Source: Candidatus Marinacidobacterium sp.
GTDB lineage: Bacteria; Acidobacteriota; Vicinamibacteria; Marinacidobacterales; Marinacidobacteraceae
NCBI GenBank assembly: GCA_965204755.1
Contig: OZ242011.1
Span: forward strand, 1,600,001-1,664,000
Reading direction: 5' to 3'
DNA length: 64,000 bases
Positions 1-8,903 of the stretch are shown in pieces. Made by a program: the position numbers and the translations under genes. The notes beneath the pieces were generated by a model. That model saw only the letters and a program-made list of their open reading frames with translations, searched no databases and was not told the origin of the DNA. Every line of letters starts with the position of its first letter. Position 1 is the stretch's first letter.

Positions 1-2653
1 CGAGCACCCGGGCCTCGGTCAGCAACCGGCGGCAGAACCGCTCCGCGGGAAGGCCGAACCGGGAGATGTCCGCCCAGACGAAGAACCCTCCGCCGTGCGC
101 CGCGGTGGGGATGCCCATCCGTTCCAGCCCGTCCACCAGCATCCGCCGCCTCGGTGCGTAGAGGCGGCGGAGATGCGCCGGGAACTCGCCGGCGCGGTCG
201 AACGCCGCCGCCGCCGCGCGCTGGGAGAAGAGCGGCGCAGGGCCGGAGAGGGCGGCGCCGATCCGGGCGCAGGCCTCGATGGCGTCCGGCGGGCCGGTGA
301 GGTAGCCGATCCGGAACCCGGTCATCGCCCAGGTCTTGGACACGCTGCCGAGCGTCAGCGTCCGGGGGCGCATTCCCTCCACCGCCGCGGGCGAACGGAC
401 GGGGCCCTTGCCGTCGAGGGCCATCTCCGCGTACACCTCGTCGGAGAGCACCCAGAGGTGGCGGCGGTCGGCCAGCCGGCAGAGCGCCTCCACTTCGTCC
501 GCGCCGGTGCGCGCCCCGGTGGGGTTTTGGAAGTTCACCAGGACGAGGAGCCGCGGCCGGCTGGTGTGTGTGAGCGCCTCCTCGGCGCGGTCGGCGCGCA
601 TCCCGAAGTCCTCCCTGCCGCCGGCTTCCTCGGCACCGCAGGGCACCGGAACCATCCGGCCCCGCGCCAGGCGGATCGCCGTCTCGTAGGAGGTGTAGCG
701 GGGATCGCCGAGCAGCACTTCCTCCCCGGGGCCGACCAGCGCCAGCATCGCGACGGCGATGCCTTCCTGGGCGCCGCCGGTAACCAGCACTTCGCGTTCA
801 GGGTCCCACTCCACCCCGGTGCGTTCCGCTTCGCGGCGGGCGATGGCCTCCCGAAGCCACCGCTGCCCGCGGGGATGGAGGGGCTCGCCGGCGGCCGCCG
901 TCCGGCAGGCTTCCTCGATGACCTCCGCGGGAGCGTCGGCGTCCGGATCGCCCCGGCCCAGACTCACCACCCCGGGAAGCCGCGCCGCGAGTTCCATCAG
1001 CGAGTAGCGCGAGTCGTCCCCGTCGTCTTCCGGCTTCCGGGCCGCCGGGGCGGCCGTCGGACGGGCCGGGGCCGGCAGCGGCTCGACCCCCAGGACGAGG
1101 GCCGCCGCCCGCTGCGACGGGGCGGCGGTGCAGATCGAGACCGCCTGCTTCAGCCCGCGCAGCCGGTCGAACGCGGCGGGGGGCGCGAAGAAGAAGCCCA
1201 CCCGGAACCCGGCGAGTTCCGGCCACCCGTCCAGCGAGCCGACGAGCACCGCCCCGGGCGGAACCCGGCGCAGCGCGTCCGCGGGAAGCGACGCCAACGA
1301 GTCGCCGAGGTCCACGATCCGGAGCGCGCCCGCCGTTCGTTCGCTCCCGTCGTCGCCCGCTTCCGGCTCGCCGCAGCGCCGCAGATCGGCGACGGCCTCG
1401 CCGCCGGAGGCCGGAAGGAGGTCCAGCGCGCCGCAGGCGTTCGCGACCGCCGGATCGTCCGCCGCCGCCGAGACCACCACCGGCCAACTCGGCGGCTCGC
1501 CCTCGTCCGACCGCTCCCGCGCCGCCTCCCGCGCCCCGGCGAGCGCCACGAACAGCGCCTCCCGCCGCCCGGCGGTAACGACGACTTCCCCGGCGCCGGA
1601 GAGTCCCGCCGCCCGAAGCCGCTCCCCGATCGCCGCCCGCAACTCGGGAAGCCCGGGCCGCGCCGTGTAATGGGTCTCCCCGCCGAGCAGCGCCCGCCGC
1701 AGCCGCTCCACGAGTCCCGGCGCCAGCGCGCGATCCGGCAACGCGGCCGCCGACCCTTCCGTCGCGACCCACGCCCGATCCGCCACCGGGATCGGACAGG
1801 AATGCGTCACTTCGCGGGCTCGTCGCGGCGCTCTGGCGTCGTCGCCGTCCGTTTCACTCAGCCAACTACCTTCCCAAGCCGTTTCCGGGAGCGGGAGGCC
1901 GTGGCGGCGGACGGCGGCGGCCAGTCGGTCGGCGCGGAAGCGGCGGCCGGTGGGGGCGCCCCGGAGCAGGGCCAGCGCGGCGAAGGCCGGGCCGAGGCGG
2001 TCGGCGGAACCCCAGGCCCGTTCCTCCGGGGGGAGCCGTTCCTCTTCCTCGACGGTCATTCCGGTGGGCTTGATCCGGGCGCCGGGGGTGATCGTGTTCA
2101 CGCTCACGCGGCGTGCCTTCAACTCGGCGGCGAACGACTGCGAGAGGCCCTCGATCCCGAACTTGCTGGCGCAGTAGGCGGCCTCGCGCGGGAAGCCCTG
2201 CGTTCCGGCGCGCGAACTGGTGAGGACTGCGGAGCCGCCGTCCCCGGTCTCGAGGGCCTCGGCGAATCCCCGGAGGAGGAAGAAGGCGGCGGTCAGGTTC
2301 ACCGCGAGCGTTCGATCCCACTCCTCGTCGGTGGTCTCGGGGACCGGGTTCGGGTGGAGGACGCCGGCGCAGTGGACGAACGCGGTCAGGTCGCCGCCGA
2401 AGACTTCGCCGGTCGTCTCGACCACCCGCCGGAGGCAGTCCCGGTCGGCGAGGTCCCCGGGGATCGGGTGCGCGGCGTCCGGCCTCCCGTCGGCGATTTC
2501 GCGGGCCAGGCGCTGCAGGTCGTCTTCGAGGACATCCACGAGCACGCACCGGGCGCCGGCGGCGGCCAGCGCCCGCGCGGCCGCCGCGCCGAGCCCCCGG
2601 GCGGCGCCGGTAACGACGATGCGGGCGCCGGCGAGCGGTTCCCCCGGCGTCAT
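1..2653 (-). CDS. Fused ORF, truncated at the window edge: SDR oxidoreductase (~2653-1870), degenerate PLP aminotransferase domain (~1810-1050) and class I/II PLP aminotransferase (~1020 to <1)
   Basis: ATG at 2653 reads MTPGEPLAGARIVVTGAARGLG (SDR TGxxxGxG). The same minus frame gives GGETHYTARPGLPELRAAI (~1670), SLMELAARLPGVVSLGRGDPD (~990) and LGSVSKTWAMTGFRIGY (PLP lysine motif, ~330). The SDR-aminotransferase junction is stop-free, and the ORF track lists no terminated ORF in this frame. Confidence 0.75.
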   Translation of the reverse strand, partial: MTPGEPLAGARIVVTGAARGLGAAAARALAAAGARCVLVDVLEDDLQRLAREIADGRPDAAHPIPGDLADRDCLRRVVETTGEVFGGDLTAFVHCAGVLHPNPVPETTDEEWDRTLAVNLTAAFFLLRGFAEALETGDGGSAVLTSSRAGTQGFPREAAYCASKFGIEGLSQSFAAELKARRVSVNTITPGARIKPTGMTVEEEERLPPEERAWGSADRLGPAFAALALLRGAPTGRRFRADRLAAAVRRHGLPLPETAWEGSWLSETDGDDARAPRRAREVTHSCPIPVADRAWVATEGSAAALPDRALAPGLVERLRRALLGGETHYTARPGLPELRAAIGERLRAAGLSGAGEVVVTAGRREALFVALAGAREAARERSDEGEPPSWPVVVSAAADDPAVANACGALDLLPASGGEAVADLRRCGEPEAGDDGSERTAGALRIVDLGDSLASLPADALRRVPPGAVLVGSLDGWPELAGFRVGFFFAPPAAFDRLRGLKQAVSICTAAPSQRAAALVLGVEPLPAPARPTAAPAARKPEDDGDDSRYSLMELAARLPGVVSLGRGDPDADAPAEVIEEACRTAAAGEPLHPRGQRWLREAIARREAERTGVEWDPEREVLVTGGAQEGIAVAMLALVGPGEEVLLGDPRYTSYETAIRLARGRMVPVPCGAEEAGGREDFGMRADRAEEALTHTSRPRLLVLVNFQNPTGARTGADEVEALCRLADRRHLWVLSDEVYAEMALDGKGPVRSPAAVEGMRPRTLTLGSVSKTWAMTGFRIGYLTGPPDAIEACARIGAALSGPAPLFSQRAAAAAFDRAGEFPAHLRRLYAPRRRMLVDGLERMGIPTAAHGGGFFVWADISRFGLPAERFCRRLLTEARVL

Positions 2654-3819
2654 CCGGCGAGCATTCCGCGCAGGAGCCAGGCGGTGGCGAAGCCCAGGTA
2701 GTTCCCGAATCCGTAGCCGAAGATGCCGACGATCACCGCCGGCGCGATCCGCTCGCGCCAGCGGAGCGCCATGCCCAGCGCCAGCGCCGAACCGGGGCCG
2801 CCGACCGCCGCCTGGCTGGACAGGGTGATCGTGGCCAGGTCGAACCGCGCCAGCCAGCCGACCCCGTAGATCACCGCCGCGTGGACGGCGATGATGGAGA
2901 TCATGTAGAGGAACAGCCACGGGCCGGCCGCCACCACTTCGCGCACATCGGACGCCGAGCCGATCACCAGGAAGAACAGGTGCAGCGCGAAGTAGGAGAG
3001 CATCGCCGAGCCGCGCAGCCGCTGGATCGCCGGGACCTGGCCGAGCGCGAGGGCGATCGTCGTCAGCCACAGCACCTCCGGGACGCCGGGGAGCGCCCGG
3101 GACAGCACGCCGGCGGCGGCGAGGGCGAGCAGCGGCAACGCGGCGAGCACGGCGAGGTGGGTGATGCCGAGTTCCCCTTCGGTCCAGGTTCGCCGGAGCG
3201 CGTCGGCTTCGGCGTCGCCCCCGTCGTCGTTTCCCGCCTCCGACGCCGGCGCCGGGGCCGCCGCGCCGCTCCGGCGGCGGAACACCGTGGCGAGCGCGGA
3301 GGCGAGCGCCACCTGCGCCAGCATCCAGGGCACGGTGGAGAGGTTGTCCACCACGAACGCGCCGGCGAACAGGCTTTCCGTCATCTCCAGCCCCTGGCCG
3401 ACGGCGGCGAAGTTCAGCCCGCCGCCCCAGAACGCGCCGGCGAAGGTGCCGCCCAGTTTCCAGGTCTCCGGCCCCAGGACGCCGGCGAACAGCAGGCTCG
3501 CCCCCAGCGCGCCGCAGAAGGTGGCGAACCCGGCGAGGCCGAAGCCGATGACCATGCGCGGCCCGGCGCGGCGCAGGTCGGCGAGCCGGGTGGAGAGGAC
3601 GAACAGGACGATGGCGTAGGGAATGGCGTATCGCGAGACCGACCCCAGGAACTCGCCGCCCCGGGGAATGACGCCGAGGTTCGCCAGCAGGATCCCGAGG
3701 AGGGTGCAGACGACCGCCGAACTGATCTTGCGGATGGGGGCGTACCGCTCTTCCGCCTCGCGCGCCGCGGCGACGAGCAGGAGGAGGAACGCGAGCAGCA
3801 GCAGCGGTTGGGAGATCAC
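2650..3819 (-). CDS. DUF819-family multi-pass membrane protein (putative transporter)
   Basis: About 10 TM segments; GGGLNFAAV and SQAAVGGPGSA motifs typical of DUF819; 4-bp overlap with the downstream ATG. Confidence 0.8.
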   Translation of the reverse strand: MISQPLLLLAFLLLLVAAAREAEERYAPIRKISSAVVCTLLGILLANLGVIPRGGEFLGSVSRYAIPYAIVLFVLSTRLADLRRAGPRMVIGFGLAGFATFCGALGASLLFAGVLGPETWKLGGTFAGAFWGGGLNFAAVGQGLEMTESLFAGAFVVDNLSTVPWMLAQVALASALATVFRRRSGAAAPAPASEAGNDDGGDAEADALRRTWTEGELGITHLAVLAALPLLALAAAGVLSRALPGVPEVLWLTTIALALGQVPAIQRLRGSAMLSYFALHLFFLVIGSASDVREVVAAGPWLFLYMISIIAVHAAVIYGVGWLARFDLATITLSSQAAVGGPGSALALGMALRWRERIAPAVIVGIFGYGFGNYLGFATAWLLRGMLAG

Positions 3820-3877
3820 TTCCGGGTTCCCTTCGCGGGGTCGGGGCGCCGGGCGGGGGCGGCGCCGGGCCTCCGGG

Positions 3878-4906
3878 TCACGGGCGGGGCGGCGCGGGGA
3901 CGCCGACGAACTCCGCGTCGCCGCAGAAGAGCGTCCAGTCGCCGGCGGTGGTGCTGGGGTAGGTGCGGAAGCCGAACAGCACGCCGTCGCAGGGAGCGGT
4001 CAGGTCCTCGACCGTCTCGCCGAAGAGGTCGCGGATCTCGAGGAGCGGCTGCCCCTTTCGGATCGGTCGGCGAAGGTGCGCTTCCGCTCCGCCCCCGTCC
4101 GCCGGGGAGAGGATGCCGCTTCGACTCGCCATGACGACTTGCTGGCGCCCTCGCCAGAGTTCGGGGGCGTATTCCGGCCGGCCGCGGAGGATTCCGTAGT
4201 GGAAGCAGACATTCCGCATCGCCCGCTTCAGGGTCTCGACATTCGCGCGGAGCGCCGACGGCATGGTCTCCGCGCTGCCGCCGAGTTCTATCGTGATGGC
4301 GGCCTTGCCGCGGGCGTTCATGTCCGCCATCGGCGAGCCGGCCGGGTGCGGCGTGTCCAGGACGATCGTCCAGTCCGGGCCCATCGCCCGGGCGAGGGCG
4401 AAACCGGCTTCGTCGCCGGAGGCGGTGAAGATGGTCTCCGCGAGGTAGCAGATGTTGCCGCCGGAGTGGATGGTGATCTCCAGGTCCGCCGCCGCGGCGA
4501 CCGTTTCCGCGTGTTTCGCCGCCACGCGGTCGGTGAGGTAACCCCCGGGGCGGCCCGGGTAGATGCGGTTCATGTCGAAGGTGTGCTGGTCGCGGGGGTT
4601 TCCGCGTGACATCGCCTCGAACGCGGCCACATTCATCGCCGGGACGCCGACGACCGCGCCGCGGACCGCCGCCGGATCGAGTTCCCGGAGGAATTCCGCG
4701 ACGGCGAGGATGCCTTCCTGTTCGTCCCCGTGGATGCCGCCGTCGAGGAGCAGCACCGGGCCGGGCTCGGCGCCGTTGACGACCAGCGTCGGGAAACCGA
4801 GCGGGGCGCCGTCCACCCGGGGGAAGACGGGGATGGAACCGCTTGCGCGTTCGCCGGGCGGGCAGGTGAGCGGCCCCAGGGTCAGGGGTTCGTCGGTTCG
4901 GGTCAT
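3878..4906 (-). CDS. Succinylglutamate desuccinylase/aspartoacylase (M14-type) family protein
   Basis: GGIHGDEQEG, DMNRIYPG, ITIHSGG and ITIELGG motifs; start placed at MTRTDEP within the over-extended track ORF. Confidence 0.88.
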   Translation of the reverse strand: MTRTDEPLTLGPLTCPPGERASGSIPVFPRVDGAPLGFPTLVVNGAEPGPVLLLDGGIHGDEQEGILAVAEFLRELDPAAVRGAVVGVPAMNVAAFEAMSRGNPRDQHTFDMNRIYPGRPGGYLTDRVAAKHAETVAAAADLEITIHSGGNICYLAETIFTASGDEAGFALARAMGPDWTIVLDTPHPAGSPMADMNARGKAAITIELGGSAETMPSALRANVETLKRAMRNVCFHYGILRGRPEYAPELWRGRQQVVMASRSGILSPADGGGAEAHLRRPIRKGQPLLEIRDLFGETVEDLTAPCDGVLFGFRTYPSTTAGDWTLFCGDAEFVGVPAPPRP

Positions 4907-4953
4907 GGGCGGCAGGTCACTTTCTTCGGCCCGGTCGATCGGGGTCGGCGGGT

Positions 4954-5997
4954 TCAGGAGCGGCGCGGAGGGGCGGAGAACCCTTCGGCGAAGAATTCCC
5001 GGACGGCGTCCGCGGCGCGGGCGAAGAGTTCGCGCTGGCCGCCGGCGCCGGCGCCTCCGGTGTGCGGCGCCAGCACCGTGCGCGGGGCGTCCGCGAGCGG
5101 ATGGCCGGCGGGGAGCGGTTCTTCGCGGAAGACATCGAGACCGGCGCCGGCGAGTCTTCCGTCCCGCAGCCGTTCCGCCAGCGCCGACTCGTCCACCAGC
5201 CCGCCGCGGGCGGTGTTGACGAGGACGGCGCCCGGCTTCATCCGGTCGAGCGCCGCGGCGTCGAGCAGGTTCTCCGTGTCGTCGGTGTGCGGCAGGTGGA
5301 GGCTCACGATGTCGCTCCCGGCGAGCAGCGCGTCGAGCGAAGGGGCCGGCTCGGCGCGGAGCCGCCGGTTCCAGCCGGCGGGAAGCGGGCGCCGCATGAA
5401 GTAGCGGACGCGCATCCCGAACCCGAGCGCCCGGCGGGCGACTTCCTGGCCGATGGCGCCGAAGCCGACCAGCCCCAGCGTCCGGCCGTCGAGGACGAAC
5501 GGTTCCGGGAAAGTCCCGCCGTCGCCCCGCAGCCAGTGGAAGGCGAAGGACCGCTCCGTCGTGGCCTTCGGCTCGAGCGAGAGGCGGCGGTAGTCGCCCG
5601 CGCGGACTCCCCGGTCGCCTTCCACGATCCGGCGGGCCACGGCGAGCAGCAGCGCCAGCGCGTGGTCGGCGACGGCGACGGCGCCGGGGTGCGGGACGGC
5701 GGCGAGGGCCGCGCCGGCGGCGCGGACGGCGCGCTCCCGAACGGCGGTGGGGTTTCGGCCGAGGGAGACGACGAGGCGCGGGCGCCCGGCGAGGCGGAGT
5801 TCCCGCGCTCCCAGCGGGCGCCGGCGGGCGATGAGGGCGTCGGCGCCGGGGAGCGCGGCTTCCACGGCGGCGCGGGAGTCGTCCTCCGGCAGGCGGAGGT
5901 CGAATTCGGCGAGCGCGTCGGCGGCGACCCGGCGGACGGCCTCCGGCGGGAAGTCCGCGAACGCGACCCGCGGCGTCTTCGGTTCGCCGGCGGTCAC
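4954..5997 (-). CDS. D-isomer-specific 2-hydroxyacid dehydrogenase
   Basis: GLVGFGAIG, VNTARGGLVDE, GLDVFREEP and LAPHTGG motifs; GTG start overlaps the upstream stop. Confidence 0.9.
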   Translation of the reverse strand: MTAGEPKTPRVAFADFPPEAVRRVAADALAEFDLRLPEDDSRAAVEAALPGADALIARRRPLGARELRLAGRPRLVVSLGRNPTAVRERAVRAAGAALAAVPHPGAVAVADHALALLLAVARRIVEGDRGVRAGDYRRLSLEPKATTERSFAFHWLRGDGGTFPEPFVLDGRTLGLVGFGAIGQEVARRALGFGMRVRYFMRRPLPAGWNRRLRAEPAPSLDALLAGSDIVSLHLPHTDDTENLLDAAALDRMKPGAVLVNTARGGLVDESALAERLRDGRLAGAGLDVFREEPLPAGHPLADAPRTVLAPHTGGAGAGGQRELFARAADAVREFFAEGFSAPPRRS

Positions 5998-6947
5998 AGG
6001 ACCACGAAACCGGCGTAAGCCGCGTAGGCGGCGACCAGCAGCGCGCCTTCGAGTCGGCGCACCCGCCTCCCGGTGAGCATGAAGAAGCCGGCGAGCAGGG
6101 TGATGGCGAGAACGCCCGGGATCTCGGCGGCGGCGAGCGCCGGGTCCACCGCGACCGGCACGGCGGCCGCGGAGAGCCCGAGCGCGCCGAGCACATTGAA
6201 CAGGTTGCTCCCGATGACATTCCCGGCGGCCATCTGCACCTGCCCGCTGCGCACCGCCGCGATGGAGGCCGCGAGTTCCGGGAGGCTGGTGCCGAGCGCG
6301 ACCAGGGTGAATCCGATGGTGGTCTCGGAGACGCCCAGCCCGCGCGCGATGTCCGAGGCGCCGCGCACCAGCAGGTCCGCACCGACCAGCAGGACGAGCA
6401 GGCCGAGCGAAGTGAGCCCGAGGTGTTTCCCGAGCGGTTCTCCCGAGGCGCCGGTGGCGTCGCCGCCGGCCGGCGCCGCCTCCGGGTTCCCGTCCGTCCG
6501 CCGGCCCCAACGCACGGAGACGAAGTTGAAGCCGGCCAGCCCGACGAGGAACAGCAGACCGGCGGTCCGCGGGATCGAACCGTAGGCGGCGAACGGCCAC
6601 AGGAGCGCGGTCGCAAGCAGCATCAGGGCGAACTCGCGCCGCATCACCCCGCGGCCGACGGTGAACGGCTGCGCGAGCGCGGTGATTCCCAGGATCAACC
6701 CCAGGTTCGCCGCGTTGCTGCCGATCACATTGCCCACCGCGAGCCCCGGACTCTCCCGGAGGACCGCGATCAGGCTGGCCCCGATCTCCGGCGCGGAGGT
6801 CCCGTAGGCCACCACCGTGAGCCCGATCACCAGCGGCGTCACCCGGAACCGCCGCGCGAGCCCCGACGACCCGTCCACCAACCAGTCCGCCCCCTTGGCG
6901 AGGCCGACCAACCCGACGCCGGCGAAGACCCAGGAAACCAGTGACAA
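5994..6947 (-). CDS. Calcium/sodium antiporter (CaCA family, YrbG-like)
   Basis: Two alpha repeats: GTSAPE...GNVIGSN and GTSLPE...GNVIGSN. Confidence 0.92.
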   Translation of the reverse strand: MSLVSWVFAGVGLVGLAKGADWLVDGSSGLARRFRVTPLVIGLTVVAYGTSAPEIGASLIAVLRESPGLAVGNVIGSNAANLGLILGITALAQPFTVGRGVMRREFALMLLATALLWPFAAYGSIPRTAGLLFLVGLAGFNFVSVRWGRRTDGNPEAAPAGGDATGASGEPLGKHLGLTSLGLLVLLVGADLLVRGASDIARGLGVSETTIGFTLVALGTSLPELAASIAAVRSGQVQMAAGNVIGSNLFNVLGALGLSAAAVPVAVDPALAAAEIPGVLAITLLAGFFMLTGRRVRRLEGALLVAAYAAYAGFVVL

Positions 6948-7017
6948 CGCCGCCCGCCGCCGAAGTGTACGGGCTACGGGATCGGGTCGGAGAACCCGGG
7001 TCGCCGGCGCGGTTCGA

Positions 7018-7434
7018 TCAGCGCCCCGGCGTCGGGTTCGCCCCGCATACCGCTTCCGCGGCCTTCCGCGCGACGGAGAGCAGTCCCTCCACCTCCCGCC
7101 GCGCCCGCGCGCGATCCACCGGGAACGCCTTGACCTCTTCGGCGTCGCAGCGGAATTCGACGGCGTACGGGGTGTACTCGCCCAGGCTCGCGAAGTCGGC
7201 GGCGCGCGGCTCGTGGGCCTTCAAGAGGGCCACGAGGCGCTTGAGATCGCGGGTCGTGGGGTATCGGTGTCCCAGCAGCGCGATCCACGCCTTGAGCGCC
7301 TTCTCGGCCGCCTGCTGGACATGGAACCCGAAGACCTCGTCGGCGAATACCGCGGTGTCCGTCATGCCGCGGAGAGCCGCGAAGTCACGCTCCGCCGCGA
7401 GGAGCAACTTGCTCGCGCACTTGCCGTCGCTCAT
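7018..7434 (-). CDS. HEPN domain protein (MNT-HEPN toxin-antitoxin type)
   Basis: FHVQQAAEKALKA and YPTTRDLKRL are characteristic of the HEPN family paired with MNT. Confidence 0.85.
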   Translation of the reverse strand: MSDGKCASKLLLAAERDFAALRGMTDTAVFADEVFGFHVQQAAEKALKAWIALLGHRYPTTRDLKRLVALLKAHEPRAADFASLGEYTPYAVEFRCDAEEVKAFPVDRARARREVEGLLSVARKAAEAVCGANPTPGR

Positions 7435-7530
7435 GGAGCGCGACCCCCTCCCGAGGGGCGCTGCTCCGGATCCACTTCGTCCACGATGGCCTGCGCCATT
7501 CGGCGCAGCAGCGGATCCTTCAGGAGCGGG
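7431..7530 (-). pseudogene. Internally deleted MNT nucleotidyltransferase remnant
   Basis: DPLLRRMAQAIVDEVDPEQ matches the MNT N-terminus (DALIRAMARALVDEADPEQ). It is joined out of frame to REGVALHER, which matches the MNT C-terminus (REGVVLYER) and overlaps the HEPN ATG. Confidence 0.7.
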
Positions 7531-8233
7531 CGCGCCGGACATCGCCGTCCACCTTGACGAATACCAGGAAGTAGGAATGGTTTTTCCGCGCGTGAACTTG
7601 TTTCAGCAATCGGCTGACGCCGGGCCGATTCGGCCGGACGACGATGAAGAGGTCCTTGCAGTAGAACCCCATCCGGGCGTACTCGTTGATGATCTCCACA
7701 TGGGTCAGGTTCTGCCGGTTGGCGCTGACTTCGTCCTGGCATTTGACGATGAGCGTTCCCCGCGGCCTCAGCACCCTGCGCGCTTCGCGTCCGCCTTCCA
7801 CATAGAAGTCGAGCACCGCCGCGTGCCAGCGGCGCCCGTTCGGGCGCGGGCTCTCGTCGCCGCTGGAATAGTGGTTTCGAAACGCTCCGTGAGTTCCCGC
7901 GCCGGCCTTGGTCGCGTCGTTGTTGCGGAAGAAACCTTCCATGTAGGGCGGATCGAAGACCACGGCGTCGAAGGACTCGTCTTCGTAGGGAAGATCCCGA
8001 CAGTCCGTGCCGCTCGCCAGATCGGACGGATGGAAGTCGTAGGCGTTCTCGTCCACGCGCTTCCAGAACACGCCCTTGCCGAAGGTGACATCGGCGATCT
8101 TCGCGCCGGCCTCGACATGGAGTTCGAGGAGCCGCGGAAAGACTTGGTCGTTCGTCCCGGTGTATGCCGAAACCACCAAGTCGCTGGACGGGGATCCGGC
8201 GGGAGGCCGCCGTCCCGAGGAAGTCGGTTCCAC
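7520..8233 (-). CDS. Compact amino-DNA methyltransferase-like protein
   Basis: SAM-binding [12 protein letters not shown] followed by catalytic VFDPPY; [12 protein letters not shown]. Confidence 0.75.
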   Translation of the reverse strand: MEPTSSGRRPPAGSPSSDLVVSAYTGTNDQVFPRLLELHVEAGAKIADVTFGKGVFWKRVDENAYDFHPSDLASGTDCRDLPYEDESFDAVVFDPPYMEGFFRNNDATKAGAGTHGAFRNHYSSGDESPRPNGRRWHAAVLDFYVEGGREARRVLRPRGTLIVKCQDEVSANRQNLTHVEIINEYARMGFYCKDLFIVVRPNRPGVSRLLKQVHARKNHSYFLVFVKVDGDVRRARS

Positions 8234-8254
8234 GGCCTCGCGGATCGAATGGGG

Positions 8255-8710
8255 TTATGCGCCGGCCCGGGGTCGCTCGTAGAGCACGACTCCCTCCCGG
8301 AGCGCGCGAGCCAGCACATGGTTGATCGAGTCGCCCCAGTATTCGACTTCGTCCAAGCTGTACACCAAGACATCGCTCGGTACCGGGAACGGCCGGAGAG
8401 CGTTGTCCAACCGGTGCATCTCCGCGCGCCGGCTGCGGCGGGTCCCGAACGGCTCCCGCTCCACGACGATCAGGTCCACATCGGAGTCGGGCCCCGACTC
8501 CCCGCGCGCCCGGGACCCGAAGAGGATCACCTGCTCCGGATCCGCTTCGTCCACGAGAGCCCGCGCCATCGCCCGGATCAGGGCGTCGACGCCCGGCCGG
8601 TCGTTCCTGGCGTCACCCGCCTCGTCCGGCGGTCGCGCAACGGAGGCGAGGTCTCCGACGCCGGCGCATGACGGGGCCGCGGGTCGGCGTCCGCGCCCGT
8701 CGCCCGTCAT
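8255..8710 (-). CDS. MNT (minimal nucleotidyltransferase) antitoxin
   Basis: ILFGSRARGESGPDSDVDLIVV motif; true start may be further downstream. Confidence 0.88.
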   Translation of the reverse strand: MTGDGRGRRPAAPSCAGVGDLASVARPPDEAGDARNDRPGVDALIRAMARALVDEADPEQVILFGSRARGESGPDSDVDLIVVEREPFGTRRSRRAEMHRLDNALRPFPVPSDVLVYSLDEVEYWGDSINHVLARALREGVVLYERPRAGA

Positions 8711-8903
8711 GGTGTCGTCCCCCGGGCAAGCCTAACGGCGGGCCGGCGGGATAGACTGACCGGCGGAACATCCGGCGGTCGTGGATCGTAGGCGCGGGCG
8801 CGCCGCGTCCTTGTTGAGGGCTTCACCGAGGGCTTCCCGGCCCGGCGACGAGAGGGGCCGGAACCGGCCCCGACGAACGGAAGACACCAGGAGACGACGA
8901 CCG

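Noticed and set aside
95-2701. 868-aa plus-strand ORF and similar long ORFs (47348-51394 +, 11772-15011 -, 23311-26214 -, 51117-53870 -)
   Set aside because: Antisense shadows of real GC-rich genes; Arg/Gly/Pro-rich with no family motifs.
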